A stretch of DNA of 64,000 bases from a virus. A model generated the notes under the pieces. It ran no database searches. It was given only the letters and a program-made list of their open reading frames with translations, and had not been told where the DNA came from. Numbering within the stretch: the first letter of the stretch is position 1; each line of letters begins with the position of its first letter. The stretch spans positions 1 to 64,000 of the IMG/VR virus record IMGVR_UViG_3300028008_000009. The stretch is one strand, 5' to 3'. This document shows, piece after piece, positions 29,334 to 40,900 of the stretch. Position numbers and translations under genes: made by a program.

Positions 29334-31556
29334 TTAGCTAACTAATTTCCATCCTTTGACTTCAATTTCGTCGCCTACTTCAATAACACTTGATGCAAAT
29401 GTTACAACACCTGTTGATAAATTAACTGAAGTTAATTCAGCTGGTCTAACAAGTTGTCTGTTAACATATACTGTGTAATCTTCTGCACCAACAATATCAC
29501 TAAATGTGTATGCTAGTGTTGATGCGTTGCTTACGTCAGTTACACTACTATGGAATGTTGCAGTTGAAATACTTGCTTCAATATTTGCAATTCCAGTGTC
29601 TGTGTATGCTTTTGCATCTACTAGTGCTTGGTTAGCCTTAGAAGTTGCATCTGCACTTGCTGTACTAATTGCGTCTGCTTCGGCTGTATCAGCATATGCT
29701 TGTGCTGATGCCAGTGCTGCATTTGCTTTATTAGTTGCATCTGCTGCCGCTGTACTAATTGCATCTGCCTCAGCTGCGTCAGCTTTAGTAGTTGCATCTG
29801 TTGCCGCTGCAGTAATTGCCGCTGCCTGTGCCGCATCTGCTTTAGCTGTTGCATCATTTGATGCTGCTGTTGCACGTACTACGTCTTTAGCTTCTGCTGA
29901 TGCTATTGCATCTGCTTGTGCTAAGTATACAGAACCTGCGCCAGTACCTTCAACAACATCTAAGCGTCCGCTTAATGCCGTATCTGCACTTGCTCTAGTA
30001 GTGATTTCAGTACCTAATGCTGAATCGTTAGTTGTATCAACTGAGTTAATAAATGTAACGATTTCTGCAAAAGTATCTTTATCAGCACTTGCACCTGAAA
30101 GGATTGCATCAATTCTTCCTGATTCTACATCAATGTTACCTTGTAATGTAGTATCTGCTGCTGCACGTGTAGATGCTTCTGATGTAATGTTAGTTTGCAA
30201 CGTAGTATCTGCTGTTGTTCTAGCATTTGTTTCAACTAATATTTTAGTATCTGCATTTGTACCTGCTGTGCTGACTGCATCTGCTTCGGCTGAATCTGCA
30301 TATGTTTGGTATGCTGATGTAATTATGCCTTCGCGTGTATCAGTGTATGCTTTTGCATCAACTAATGCTGCATCTGCTTTAGTAGTTGCATCTGCACTTG
30401 CTGTAGAAGCCGCTGCTGATGTAACGTTAGTAATTGCAGTTGAAAGCTCTGCATCTGTTGCCATTGCATCTTGGATCTCTTTAAGAGTATCAAAGGCTGC
30501 GCCTGCGCCACCAACTAAGTTAGAAACTGCCGTATCTGCATAAGTTTGTGCTGATGCCAATGCTGCATTTGCTTTAGCTGTTGCATCACTTGCCGCTGCT
30601 GTTGCACGTACGGCGTCTTTTGCTTCTGCTGACGCTACTGCATTTGTTTCTGCTTGAGCAGATTTAGTAGTTGCATCACTTGACGCTGTACTAATTGCAT
30701 CTGCTTCGGCTGTATCTGCATACGTTTCTAGAACAGTTTTTAGTGCTGTGTTAGCCGCCGCTGCTGTTGCTTCTGCTGCCGTTTGTGCCGCGTCTGCTTT
30801 AGTAGTTGCATCTGCTGCCGCTGTACTAATTGCATCTGCTTCGGCTGTATCTGCATATGTTTGTGCTGATGCCAATGCTGCATTTGCTTTAGAAGTTGCG
30901 TCTACTGCCGCGTTTGCTAATGTTGATGAATCTTGGGCATCTACATATGTAGTAGCTGCTTTTAGAGCCAACGCTGTAGTCATTGATGCCGCAAAGTCAT
31001 CGTCGTCACCTAGCGCATTAGCAAGTTCGTTTAGTGTGTCTAAAGCACCTGGGGCGCCGTTCACTAAGCCGTCTACTGCTGCATCTACGTAAGATTTGTT
31101 TGCTGCATCTGTATTTGCTGTAGGAGTTCCAACATTTTCAATTTTGTTATCATCCATGTCAACTTTATCACCAAACGTAACTGCATCTCCGCCTACGTCT
31201 GTGATTTTCTTGCCTGCTGCCATTTGCAACGTGCCGTTCATGTTTATGCTTGTAGCTGAAGTAAGTGTTAAAACACCTGATCCAGATACTTGTGTAGTTA
31301 ATGACTGATTTGGGTCAGCCTGGACAACGATCGTACCTGAGTTCGATTCAATAACTTTTTGTCCATCAATATATAGTGATCCTTCTGAAAGGTATAGATC
31401 ACGCCACTTCTTCGTTGTTGAGCCTAGGTCGAAACCTGTAGATCCGTCAGAGTCAACAGTTGGAATAATGTGGCCGGTCATTTCAAGATTTGCTTCGATT
31501 AATGAATCATCTGTAGTCTTGAAGCCGCCGTCGATTATAAATTTTTTCTGTGCCAT
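29334..31556 (-). CDS. Ala-rich coiled-coil tail fibre-like protein
   Basis: DLGS..K.WRDLYLS, DAANKSYVD, LDTLNELA.AL, repeated DATTKA/YADTAEADA units. Confidence 0.75.
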   Translation of the reverse strand: MAQKKFIIDGGFKTTDDSLIEANLEMTGHIIPTVDSDGSTGFDLGSTTKKWRDLYLSEGSLYIDGQKVIESNSGTIVVQADPNQSLTTQVSGSGVLTLTSATSINMNGTLQMAAGKKITDVGGDAVTFGDKVDMDDNKIENVGTPTANTDAANKSYVDAAVDGLVNGAPGALDTLNELANALGDDDDFAASMTTALALKAATTYVDAQDSSTLANAAVDATSKANAALASAQTYADTAEADAISTAAADATTKADAAQTAAEATAAAANTALKTVLETYADTAEADAISTASSDATTKSAQAETNAVASAEAKDAVRATAAASDATAKANAALASAQTYADTAVSNLVGGAGAAFDTLKEIQDAMATDAELSTAITNVTSAAASTASADATTKADAALVDAKAYTDTREGIITSAYQTYADSAEADAVSTAGTNADTKILVETNARTTADTTLQTNITSEASTRAAADTTLQGNIDVESGRIDAILSGASADKDTFAEIVTFINSVDTTNDSALGTEITTRASADTALSGRLDVVEGTGAGSVYLAQADAIASAEAKDVVRATAASNDATAKADAAQAAAITAAATDATTKADAAEADAISTAAADATNKANAALASAQAYADTAEADAISTASADATSKANQALVDAKAYTDTGIANIEASISTATFHSSVTDVSNASTLAYTFSDIVGAEDYTVYVNRQLVRPAELTSVNLSTGVVTFASSVIEVGDEIEVKGWKLVS

Positions 31557-31664
31557 ATTTTAATTTTCCTTTTTAGCGAAAATAGTATCTATATTGGTCT
31601 TCAATATATTTACCGTTATCTTTAACATATTAAGTGCTTTTATATTCATGATATACTTAACCTC

Positions 31665-31698
31665 TAATATGGGGTGCAACCTCTGGCTGCACCCTATT
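31665..31698. terminator. Hairpin after large fibre gene
   Basis: GGGTGCA..loop..TGCACCC with TAAT/ATTA flanks. Confidence 0.5.
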
Positions 31699-31716
31699 AA
31701 TCATGGTTACCTCAAC

Positions 31717-34700
31717 TTACACGTCAATGTATGTTGAAATAACCTTCACTGTTGCTGTACCTGAGTTAGTTGTATAAGTTAACTCAACATTGTTACCATT
31801 CATGTTAACACTTGCATCACCGACTAAATCAGCACCTGTGTATACCATCGCATATTCTGTGATGTATGCTGTTGTGCCGTCATGTGTTACTAGTGCTTCA
31901 CGTGTTTCATAGTTACCATTACCATCGTCTGCTTGTATAATATACTTCGCTGAACGATATGTTGCTTTCGCAAACGTGTCGATTACATCGCCACCTGTTG
32001 TAGTTGAAACATTTGAACCTTGTACATACGCTTTAATATCTGCTGATAATTTGTCAGTTGTTACCTGACCAGCTGATAATACTGGTACTAAACCTACGCT
32101 TGGTGCTACAACTACTGCTTGTGTGCCAACTGGCATAGCAGATGTCATTGTAATTACCTGGTTAGCAATGCTATAGTGCGTTACTGGATCCTGGATAACA
32201 CCACCAACGAATACTAATGCATCCGACTGGTCTACTGGGTTTGTTAACGCAAACTGTGTCGCTGTTCCATCACCTGGAATAGTTTGACGCCAGTTGTGTG
32301 CAAAGATATCTAATGGGCTTACAAGCTCCATTCCATCTTCGTTTGCATTTACACGTAATACGTAATCTTCTTTACCTGTGTAATCTGTATCAGATACATC
32401 TGTTAGGTCTAGAACTGATTCGTTAGTATTAATGCTAATAACACCTGTAGTATTGTCGTAGCTTGCTAAGCCGTTGCCTGCTGTATCTGTTACAGATATA
32501 GCTGCTCTTGCTCTTGCAGTTGTAAAGTATAAGTTAGCTGTTGGGCCTGTGCCTTCGTCTAAGTCATTAGTGTCAAAGTTTGACAAGTCTAGTGCTGATA
32601 CTGCCGCATCTAGTTGACCTTTGTTGATTGCATCACCTGAATCTGTGCCGTTAGCAAGTCCAGTTACCTTGTTGCTACCCATTGCAATGTTACCCGACAT
32701 AGTTCCACCAGCAAGTGCTAGTTTAAGGTCGATGTTTGATTGTAATGTAGTATCCGCTGCCTTATAAGCTGTATCTAACGCTGTATCTGCCGCTGCACGA
32801 TCAACTAGCTCTTGAGCTAAGCCTGCCGTGTTAGTTGCGATATTAGTAGTGTTAGTATTTACTAAGCCAGTAATTGTGCCATCATCTGCTTGGAAAGCCG
32901 CTACGATTTCAGTTAATGAATCTAAAGCTGCTGGATCCGTGTTGCTTATGATACCTGCAATTGCTGTTGCGTTTACACCTTCAGCTGCTTGTGCTCTAGC
33001 ACTCTCAGTTGCAAGGTCAGTTGCGTTAGTTGTAATAAGACCAGATAATGTAGCTTCTACACCAGTTGCTCTTGTTGTTTCAGCTGCAATAGCATTTGCG
33101 TTTGCAAGTTCTGCCGCTCTAGCAGTTGAGGCTTCCGCCGCTACCGCTGTAGTTCTGTCAGTAATCTCGCCTGCAATTGCGTCTGCATTTGCTTTAGCTT
33201 GTGCGTCTAATAGTAAGTCAACTGCTTTTAAGTTAGAACCAGCGTCAATGTAGTTTGAACCACTATGTGCTGTATATGTTCCGTCTAAGTTCAGTCCACC
33301 ACTTGCCTGTGTTGCAGTAATTTCTAACAAGTTAGCCGCTGCTGCTGCCGCGTTTGCTTGTTCTGCCGCACGTGCTGTAGTTGCCTCTGCCGCTACTGCA
33401 TTTGTAAGAACTAATTCTGCCGCTTCTGCTCTAGTCTTTTCAGTTAGAACTTCTGCATCAGTATAAGTGCCTGCTGCCGTAATTGCATCTGCTTCAGCTG
33501 TATCGGCATATGCCTGTAAAGCTGTTGTTTGGGCCGCATCTGCTGCCTGGAATGCACCTGTTACTACTACGTCTGCTGCTGTGTAAGCCGCTGTTACAAC
33601 ACCGTCAGCTGCCGCAAATTCTGAACGAATCGCTGCTCTGTCTGTGTCTGCCGCTGTTTTGTTAGCATCTACTTCACCATGCACTTCGTTTACTGCACCA
33701 ACTAAGTTAGATGCTGTAGTATCTAAGTCACCAATAACACCAATGTTAGTTGTGTTAGTGTTTACTTCACCATGCACTTCGTTGATTGCACCAACTAGTG
33801 TTGTTGCTGTAGTATCTAGTGTTTGACCACCAGTTGCCACTACTGCTTCTAAACTATCTAAACGACCTTCTGCTGCGTCCATTTCAGTTTCTAGTGTTAC
33901 GATGTCAGCTTCGTTAGTTGTTAAACGTGTTCCGTTAGCTGTAATTAGACCTTGTAAAGTTGAATCAGCTGCTGCAAATGCATCGCCAATTTCTTTTAAT
34001 GTGTCTAATGCGCCATCGGCGTTTAACAGGATAGCGTCGATACGTGCTGTTTCTGTATCAATGTTACCTTGTAACGTTAAATCAGCTGCCGCTCTTGCTG
34101 TTGCTTCAATTGTAATGTTTGCTGCGTTTGTAGAACCAGTTACTGTGTTAGCGTCTACGTCTGTACGTAAACCTGCTTCAATACCAGTTGCACGTGTTAC
34201 TTCATTTGAAATAGCAGTAGTGTTTGCACCTTCAGCCGCTCTAGCAGTTGTGGCTTCCGCCGTAATTGCTTGAGAGTTAGCAAGTTCTGCCGCTCTGGCT
34301 GTAGTTGCTTCTGATGTAATGTTAGCTTGTAACGTGTTGTCTGCTGTAGTTCTATCTGTAACTTCTTGTGCAATTGCTGCCGTGTTAGTTGCAATGTCAC
34401 CTGTGTTAGTTGCAATGTCACCATCGTTAGCAGTGATTTGAAGTTGTAGAGCTGTGTCAGCCGCTGTAAAGGCATTTGTAATTGCCGTATCGGCGTTTCC
34501 AAATGCTGTTGTTACTGCTGCATCACCACTATCGATACGAGCTTTTACAGTGTTACCTGATGTTCCGTCTACAGTTGCATCACCAATTAACGCCGCGTCT
34601 TCTGTGTCAGCGTGTGCAATTGCAGCATTACGTGCCGCGTCTGCTTTAGTAGTTGCGTCTGTTGCCGCTGATGCTAATGTTACTGCATCTTGGGCAATTC

Positions 34701-36222
34701 TTGCAGTTTCTTCTGCATCGATGTTGCTTTGTAATGTAACATCTGCTGCTGCACGTGTTCCTGCTTCAGCTGTGATATTACCTTGTAGTGTAGTATCAGC
34801 ATTCCCTCTTGCAGTTGCCTCTGTAGCAATTGCAGTAGTGTTTGATGAAATTAATGCACTAAAGTTTGAGTCTGCTGCTTGGAAAGCCGCAACAATCTCT
34901 GTTAATGAGTCTAATGATGCAGGATCAGTATTTGAAATGATTGAATCAATTCTTGCTGTTTCTGTATCAATGTTTCCTTGTAAAACACCTTCGCGTGTGT
35001 CTGTGTATGCTTTTGCATCTACTTCTACTTGGTCAGCGTATGCTTCCCAGGCTGTAGTATTTGCTGTTGTTTGAGCTGTGTCAGCCGCTGCCCACGCCGC
35101 ATTAATAGTTGAAGTTTGTGCCGCATCTGCTGCCGCCCAAGCTGAATTAATTGCTGTTTCACGTGTGTCAGTGTATGCTTTAGCGTCTACTTCTGCTTGA
35201 TCGGCATATGCCTCCCACGCTGTAGTATTTGCTGTTGTCTGAGCCGTATCTGCTGCCGCAAAGTCAGTTCTGATAAGTGTATCAGCATTCTGTCTTGCAG
35301 TTTCTTCAGCCGCGATATCTGATGCGTTCGCTGCCTCGGCACCTCTTGCAGTAGCAATTTCTGCCGCTAAGTTTGTAGTTAATGTTGAGATGTCACCGTT
35401 AGTTGCTGAAATTTCAGCTGCTAAACCATTTGTTAATGTTGTGATGTCACCTTCGTTTGCAGTAACACGAGCGTCTAAGGCATTATCTGCCGCTACTCTT
35501 AATCCTGCTTCAGTAACTACCGCCGCTGCGTTAGTTGCCTCTACACCTTGTGCTCTGCTAATTTCGTTTGCAATGTTAGTTGCGTTAACGCCTTCTGCGC
35601 CAGTGGCACGAGTAGTTTCAGCTGTAATAGCCGCCGCGTTTGCAGCAATACCTGAAGTAAAGACTGAGTCTGCACTTTGGAATGCTGTAACGATTTCACT
35701 CAGCGAGTCTAGTGCTGCTGGATCAGTGTTACTAATAATGTTGTTAATTTGTGTTTGCATAGATGTGTCAGCTGCCTTATAAGCTGTATCTATTGCACTC
35801 TCTGCCGCTAAGGCACGAGTTTCTTCTGCCGTTATTGCTGATGCATTAACGCCTTCAGCTGCTAAAGCACGTGTCTCTTCAGCCGCTATTGCTGTTGTGT
35901 TTACACCTTCTGCTGCTGTAGCACGATTCGTTTCTACTAAAACTGCTGCTGCGATGTCCGAAGCAACTGCCGCCTGTGCTCTTGCATTTGTAAAGAATTT
36001 GTAATCAGCGTGTTCTGTTAGATCTGATGTATCATAAGATCCAATTAGGTCTGCTGCTGTAACTTTCTTTAAAGATGACGAAGCGTTGACGTGTAATAGA
36101 AAAGTATCCGCCGAACCTACTGAACTTGCGCCCGTTTGGCCAGAAACGGATGTTGCGTCTAGTTTTGATTCGATGACTGCTGCATTTGCGAGAGCCGGCG
36201 ATTTAATTTGTCTAAAAGCCAT
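31717..36222 (-). CDS. Large coiled-coil tail fibre-like protein (~1500 aa)
   Basis: Likely start ATG 36222 (MAFRQIK); repeated E..RA.AAE and NTDPAALDSL.EIV.AFQ units; C-terminal YRSAKYIIQ...EALVTHDG domain; late box at 36311-36317. Confidence 0.8.
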   Translation of the reverse strand: MAFRQIKSPALANAAVIESKLDATSVSGQTGASSVGSADTFLLHVNASSSLKKVTAADLIGSYDTSDLTEHADYKFFTNARAQAAVASDIAAAVLVETNRATAAEGVNTTAIAAEETRALAAEGVNASAITAEETRALAAESAIDTAYKAADTSMQTQINNIISNTDPAALDSLSEIVTAFQSADSVFTSGIAANAAAITAETTRATGAEGVNATNIANEISRAQGVEATNAAAVVTEAGLRVAADNALDARVTANEGDITTLTNGLAAEISATNGDISTLTTNLAAEIATARGAEAANASDIAAEETARQNADTLIRTDFAAADTAQTTANTTAWEAYADQAEVDAKAYTDTRETAINSAWAAADAAQTSTINAAWAAADTAQTTANTTAWEAYADQVEVDAKAYTDTREGVLQGNIDTETARIDSIISNTDPASLDSLTEIVAAFQAADSNFSALISSNTTAIATEATARGNADTTLQGNITAEAGTRAAADVTLQSNIDAEETARIAQDAVTLASAATDATTKADAARNAAIAHADTEDAALIGDATVDGTSGNTVKARIDSGDAAVTTAFGNADTAITNAFTAADTALQLQITANDGDIATNTGDIATNTAAIAQEVTDRTTADNTLQANITSEATTARAAELANSQAITAEATTARAAEGANTTAISNEVTRATGIEAGLRTDVDANTVTGSTNAANITIEATARAAADLTLQGNIDTETARIDAILLNADGALDTLKEIGDAFAAADSTLQGLITANGTRLTTNEADIVTLETEMDAAEGRLDSLEAVVATGGQTLDTTATTLVGAINEVHGEVNTNTTNIGVIGDLDTTASNLVGAVNEVHGEVDANKTAADTDRAAIRSEFAAADGVVTAAYTAADVVVTGAFQAADAAQTTALQAYADTAEADAITAAGTYTDAEVLTEKTRAEAAELVLTNAVAAEATTARAAEQANAAAAAANLLEITATQASGGLNLDGTYTAHSGSNYIDAGSNLKAVDLLLDAQAKANADAIAGEITDRTTAVAAEASTARAAELANANAIAAETTRATGVEATLSGLITTNATDLATESARAQAAEGVNATAIAGIISNTDPAALDSLTEIVAAFQADDGTITGLVNTNTTNIATNTAGLAQELVDRAAADTALDTAYKAADTTLQSNIDLKLALAGGTMSGNIAMGSNKVTGLANGTDSGDAINKGQLDAAVSALDLSNFDTNDLDEGTGPTANLYFTTARARAAISVTDTAGNGLASYDNTTGVISINTNESVLDLTDVSDTDYTGKEDYVLRVNANEDGMELVSPLDIFAHNWRQTIPGDGTATQFALTNPVDQSDALVFVGGVIQDPVTHYSIANQVITMTSAMPVGTQAVVVAPSVGLVPVLSAGQVTTDKLSADIKAYVQGSNVSTTTGGDVIDTFAKATYRSAKYIIQADDGNGNYETREALVTHDGTTAYITEYAMVYTGADLVGDASVNMNGNNVELTYTTNSGTATVKVISTYIDV

Positions 36223-36352
36223 GTTAGATTTCTCCAATCAATATTGATAAAAACATATAATTCTTTTATATGCCCGATAGCAATAAGTCAGGTAGACTCA
36301 TTGCGTAATGTATTTATCAATACACGGTAGGAGTTATAACGTATGAAAACTG

Positions 36353-37936
36353 TTAATTTGGTAAGTATCTAAAGTCTACTACTGCACCAGCTGTTGGCGG
36401 AGTAGTAATGGTTAGCGTTGATCCGCTAATGCTGTATTCAGTTGGTGGTAGAATTAATCCGTCTACAATAACCAATACACTGTGAATAGTATGTCCAGGT
36501 TGTATCAAGTAATCTGTAGTGGAGTTGTTTCCTGTATACTGACTACTTGTATAAACTAAATTGAGATGGTGATTTTCAATACTAGCGTTTGCTGGTGATG
36601 ACATTGTTGCATATGGATATCTATACTTAACATAAATGTCAAATCCAGAATCTGGTAGCACATTAAATGTTAGCGTTGTTCCATTTACAGAGTAAATGCT
36701 AGGACGTTGTAAGACATCGTTAACATACACATCAATTTCTTCAACACCTGCTGGTGCGTCAGTTAGTGTAAATGCAAAACTTGTTCCGTCTGCTGTAAAT
36801 TGTTGTGATGCTGGAAGTGATGCTTGTGTTAGTGTTCTATCAACAAAACTAAATCCACCATTACCATCTGTTTGTAGTATTTGGCCGTTTGTTCCGTCAC
36901 TGATACCTAAGTCAAGTATTCCACTTACATCACTGGCAATTGTTATGCCTTTTGATCCAGGTGTTGTAACTGGTGTAATAGTAATATTATTACCAGCACG
37001 GATATCAATTTCGTCGACAGCACTTGCAACAATATCAGTAGGTGTTAAGTCGCTTACTGTATCGTATATGTGCCACGTTTTAAATGTGGATTCAATTGTA
37101 ACAGTTACAGTACCGTCTGCGTTGTCAGTTAATGCAAAACCACCATCAACATTAAAGTTAATGCCTGTTACATTTGATACTTCAACATTTGATACTGGGT
37201 CGTTAATTTCCTTAACTGTAAGCGCCAAATCGCTTCGTATAGCGGTGTTTACATCTGCAAGCTCTGTTGATGTTGCAAACGTTCCATCAGCTGTTTGAAA
37301 CGCATTTACGATCTCTGTAAGCGAGTCTAGTGCTGCAGGATCTGTGTTTGTAAGTATGTTTTGAACTTGAGATTGTAGTGTGCTGATATCAGCTGATATA
37401 CTTGCTGATGCTACGCCAAACTGTCCGCTGTATGTAGCACCTGTAATATAAACACTTTTACCTGTAAACGATTTACCATCCGGTAAGTTATCACCAATAA
37501 AGTTTAATACACCTGATTGATAATCAAAGAACCATTCATCATTATTACCACTACCAGTAGTAAAGACTTTGTTGGCCATTGTTTCAGCACCAGCAGGATC
37601 TCCGCTAGTGTGAATATAAACATTTACAAGATATGTTGATCCAAATTCTGTTGGAATCCAATCTGTGATTCCTGTTTTCCAAGTTCTGTTTGTTGACGCT
37701 GTAATATCAGCTGTAGTTTCAACTGCCGTTTGTAGCGTTACGTAGCTACTGGAAGCAGAAGGTTTTACACTTGGTATTTGTCCAGACTCTGCCCAAATCG
37801 TATCACCACGTATTAGTAGTGGACTTGGTAAACTTTCGTTGGCCGCTAATTTATTAAAGACTGTGTCAGTCTTAGTGGCACCGAATCCAACTTTCTTAAA
37901 TAGATAGTCTAACTTTTGATTATCGGAAATTGCCAT
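36353..37936 (-). CDS. Virion structural protein (baseplate/fibre-associated)
   Basis: Shares NTDPAALDSLTEIV; two C-terminal F/YTGxG..F.L....V.V.G..Q.P..YS..G.TLT repeats. Confidence 0.7.
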   Translation of the reverse strand: MAISDNQKLDYLFKKVGFGATKTDTVFNKLAANESLPSPLLIRGDTIWAESGQIPSVKPSASSSYVTLQTAVETTADITASTNRTWKTGITDWIPTEFGSTYLVNVYIHTSGDPAGAETMANKVFTTGSGNNDEWFFDYQSGVLNFIGDNLPDGKSFTGKSVYITGATYSGQFGVASASISADISTLQSQVQNILTNTDPAALDSLTEIVNAFQTADGTFATSTELADVNTAIRSDLALTVKEINDPVSNVEVSNVTGINFNVDGGFALTDNADGTVTVTIESTFKTWHIYDTVSDLTPTDIVASAVDEIDIRAGNNITITPVTTPGSKGITIASDVSGILDLGISDGTNGQILQTDGNGGFSFVDRTLTQASLPASQQFTADGTSFAFTLTDAPAGVEEIDVYVNDVLQRPSIYSVNGTTLTFNVLPDSGFDIYVKYRYPYATMSSPANASIENHHLNLVYTSSQYTGNNSTTDYLIQPGHTIHSVLVIVDGLILPPTEYSISGSTLTITTPPTAGAVVDFRYLPN

Positions 37937-40900
37937 TAGTTAGCTTCTCCTATTGATAGACTGTTTATTTGTTTGCCACTTGCAATTGCAATTCTAACCA
38001 ACACAACATTGTTTGTTGCGTTACTCATATTTTCTGCACCAAGTGTCATTGTGTAGCTAGAGTTAATGCTTGAGCCTGTTGGTACAACATCTGCACCTGT
38101 TAACGCACAACCATCTGCTCCGTTACCACCATTGGCAGTATCTGTTCCTGGAACACCTGCACCTGCATATTGGCTTGTGCATTCTAACCAACCGTTTGAT
38201 CCACTGGCAGTATCTATGCCAGTACCAGGAGCTGCAATCCACATACCTGCAATGCCTGTAGAGTTAATGCTAATGTCGAAGTTAGCAACAACTTGTCTAC
38301 GGAATGCAAATGTAAAGTATTGTGTTCCTGTATCTGAACTTCTATCAGGACCAACTGGTAGGTAGCCTGTGCTATAATCTGTAGTGTCGTGTTTTAACAC
38401 ACCCCATCTTACAGTAGCTTCTTGCGTTCCACTTACACTAACTGCACCAGTAAATGGTGTAGCTGTGTAATCAGTTGATCCGACAATAGTAGGAGTGTCC
38501 GTAGAATCCGCCACAAAGTCTGCAATACGAATTGCATTGTCTGTGACTACCCCATTACCTAAACTGGATTCTACAGGTATGGACGACTCAATTATTCCAA
38601 ATGGTGTCGCTGTATGCACTTGAACTTTCTCGGGAAGAGAAACAAAATTTCCAGTGCCATTGACATTATAAGCCCTAACTCTCAATGTTTCCACAGCCGC
38701 TATACTTGAATTAGTAATATCGATTGTTTGATCAGCGTATTGATAAGTTAAGGTATTCGCTGTTGGAATACCAGCGTTTAGGTAAGGGGTATTCTCTAAA
38801 TCTGAATAACTCTTATATTGAGTGCTAATAGTTGCGCCACTTGTGCTTTCTAAATTAGCACCGTTGGATATTTCAAACACATTATTTGTATCTCTATATG
38901 CTTGTCCAATCCAATTGTTTACTGTAACACCAGCCATTGTTAATTTTGGACTTCCTGTGTTATAGTATGGTATGCCTGAGATATATCTGTAGCTACCGCT
39001 GACACTTTCTGTAAGTGTTGCACTAGCTACATCAATAGTTGGGCTACTTGTTAGGTCGTCACAAACTACTGTAACATAGTTTGTGTTGCCTGTTTCACTA
39101 TGTTCTATACGCTGGTCGTTAACACCAGTTGTATATTCAGAAAATGGTTTAGTAATTTTTGCATCAAATGTTTGATAGAAACCTGTAGGATAAGTTGAAG
39201 AACTTATACTATCGTTTGCATCTCTTTGATCACTAACAACAAGACTTCCAAAAGTGCCGTTTTCGTTTAAGGAAGTTGTAAAGTTTTGAGAACCATCGTC
39301 AACGCCATTGACAACTGATTTTACTGTTCCACTTAATCCATTGTATGAATTTTGTGCAACACTAGTGTCAAGGTTTCCACTTGTGTATCGTCTTGCTGTA
39401 GTTGTTTCTAAACTTGCACCTGCTACCAATGGAGCTGATGCACTGTTTTCTGTGAACCCATGTGCCAGTCTAGGATCGTGTCCTTGTGCTGGGTCTGTTA
39501 GTGAAATTGTTTTACTGCTCAAACCACTTGGTGCCGATGGCACTGCATTTACTTGGAAAAATATTCCTGCATTGTCTGTTTGTGCTGTTATGTCTGGTGT
39601 GCCGCTTGCTGTGAAATCTAATTCGTAGCTTCCTGGAGTGGCACCAGTAAAGTCGTGTGTTATTATACCATCTGTTGTTGTTGTATCAGTGCTTCCATAA
39701 CCCCAATCGTAGAAATAACTATCGCCGTTGTGACTTGAGTTATCTACTCTTGCTAATGCTCTATTATTACCATTGTAGTCAACACCGTCATATAAATCTA
39801 AATTATTGTCGCCGTTTCTATCTGAAACAAATTCTGCTCTACCATCTATGTATGCTCTTACATCTGGTTCAACATGCACTGTAAAATTTGCACTTGCAAA
39901 TGGACTATTAGTGTGATTACTAATAACTGATAAATTTCCTACAAAGTCTTTTGCTATACCGTTTTCTTGATCTGAATTTGATAATGTATATGTGTGGTGG
40001 AACGGGTGATTTGTGTCACCGTCATCTTCTTCGCCAACTGGTATAGTTGTAATTGTACCATCGCCCATTGTCCATTGATATGTTGTTCCAAATACAGGGT
40101 TAAATGTACCTATAGTAGTCTCTGTGGTATTTAAAAATTCAACATTAACTCCACTATCTTTTTCGTTAATACCTGTAGTAACATCAATGGTGTATGTAGG
40201 AGTATGTGTATCGTAAATTTTATATGTAGCATTGTCAGTCATTGGGAATAGATTCTGATGTGCTGTGCTGTGACTGTCTAATGATAATGTAACGGTTCTT
40301 AGCACCTCTGTTTCTGTGCTAGGAGCAAATGTGTGGGCTATACGTCCGCCGCCTACGCCACCTGCTACATTATCTGCACTAACTACATCATCTGATAATC
40401 CATCGCCCCAATCCCAAGTATATTGAACTGTTGCGTTTGATGTGTTTGTTGCTGTATTTTCAAAATAGACAGTAGCACCGTCATCCCAATATGTTATTGG
40501 ACTGCCACCTGTTGGAGAGGCATATGCCTCAAACGAAACTGTTGGATCAACAGTAGTAATAGTAATATAATCTTCTCTTATTTTAAATACTGAGTGACCT
40601 GCACCTGTTCCACCATTGTTAGCTGCGTTTACTCGAACAGTATATGGTGATCCAGTATTGCTTGTATATGTATGAGATACAGTATTAATGTAGTTAGAGT
40701 TTGGTACGATATTAAGGTTACTTGTGCTATCGCCCCAATGGACAGCATAAACATCTGGATTACCAACTCCTGTTATTGTTAGGGTTACTGTTAATCCTGC
40801 GCCGCCGGCAGTTTTGTCAGCGACAAAGTCTACTGATTCAACATAAGTATTTTTACCTACGTTTTTAATAATTTCTAAAAGTTCTGCAGAGTCGGCATCA

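Noticed and set aside
25640-30900. Recurring 25-40 nt repeats that could suggest a CRISPR array or DGR template/variable repeats
   Set aside because: They are in-frame coding repeats with irregular spacing. No cas or reverse transcriptase gene is in the window, and I noticed no adenine-specific divergence.
29506-37298. Long plus-strand ORFs opposite the fibre genes (e.g. 29506..30543, 34454..35074, 36696..37298)
   Set aside because: Antisense shadows caused by Ala/Thr/Asp codon bias; no SD or promoter, and low-complexity translations.
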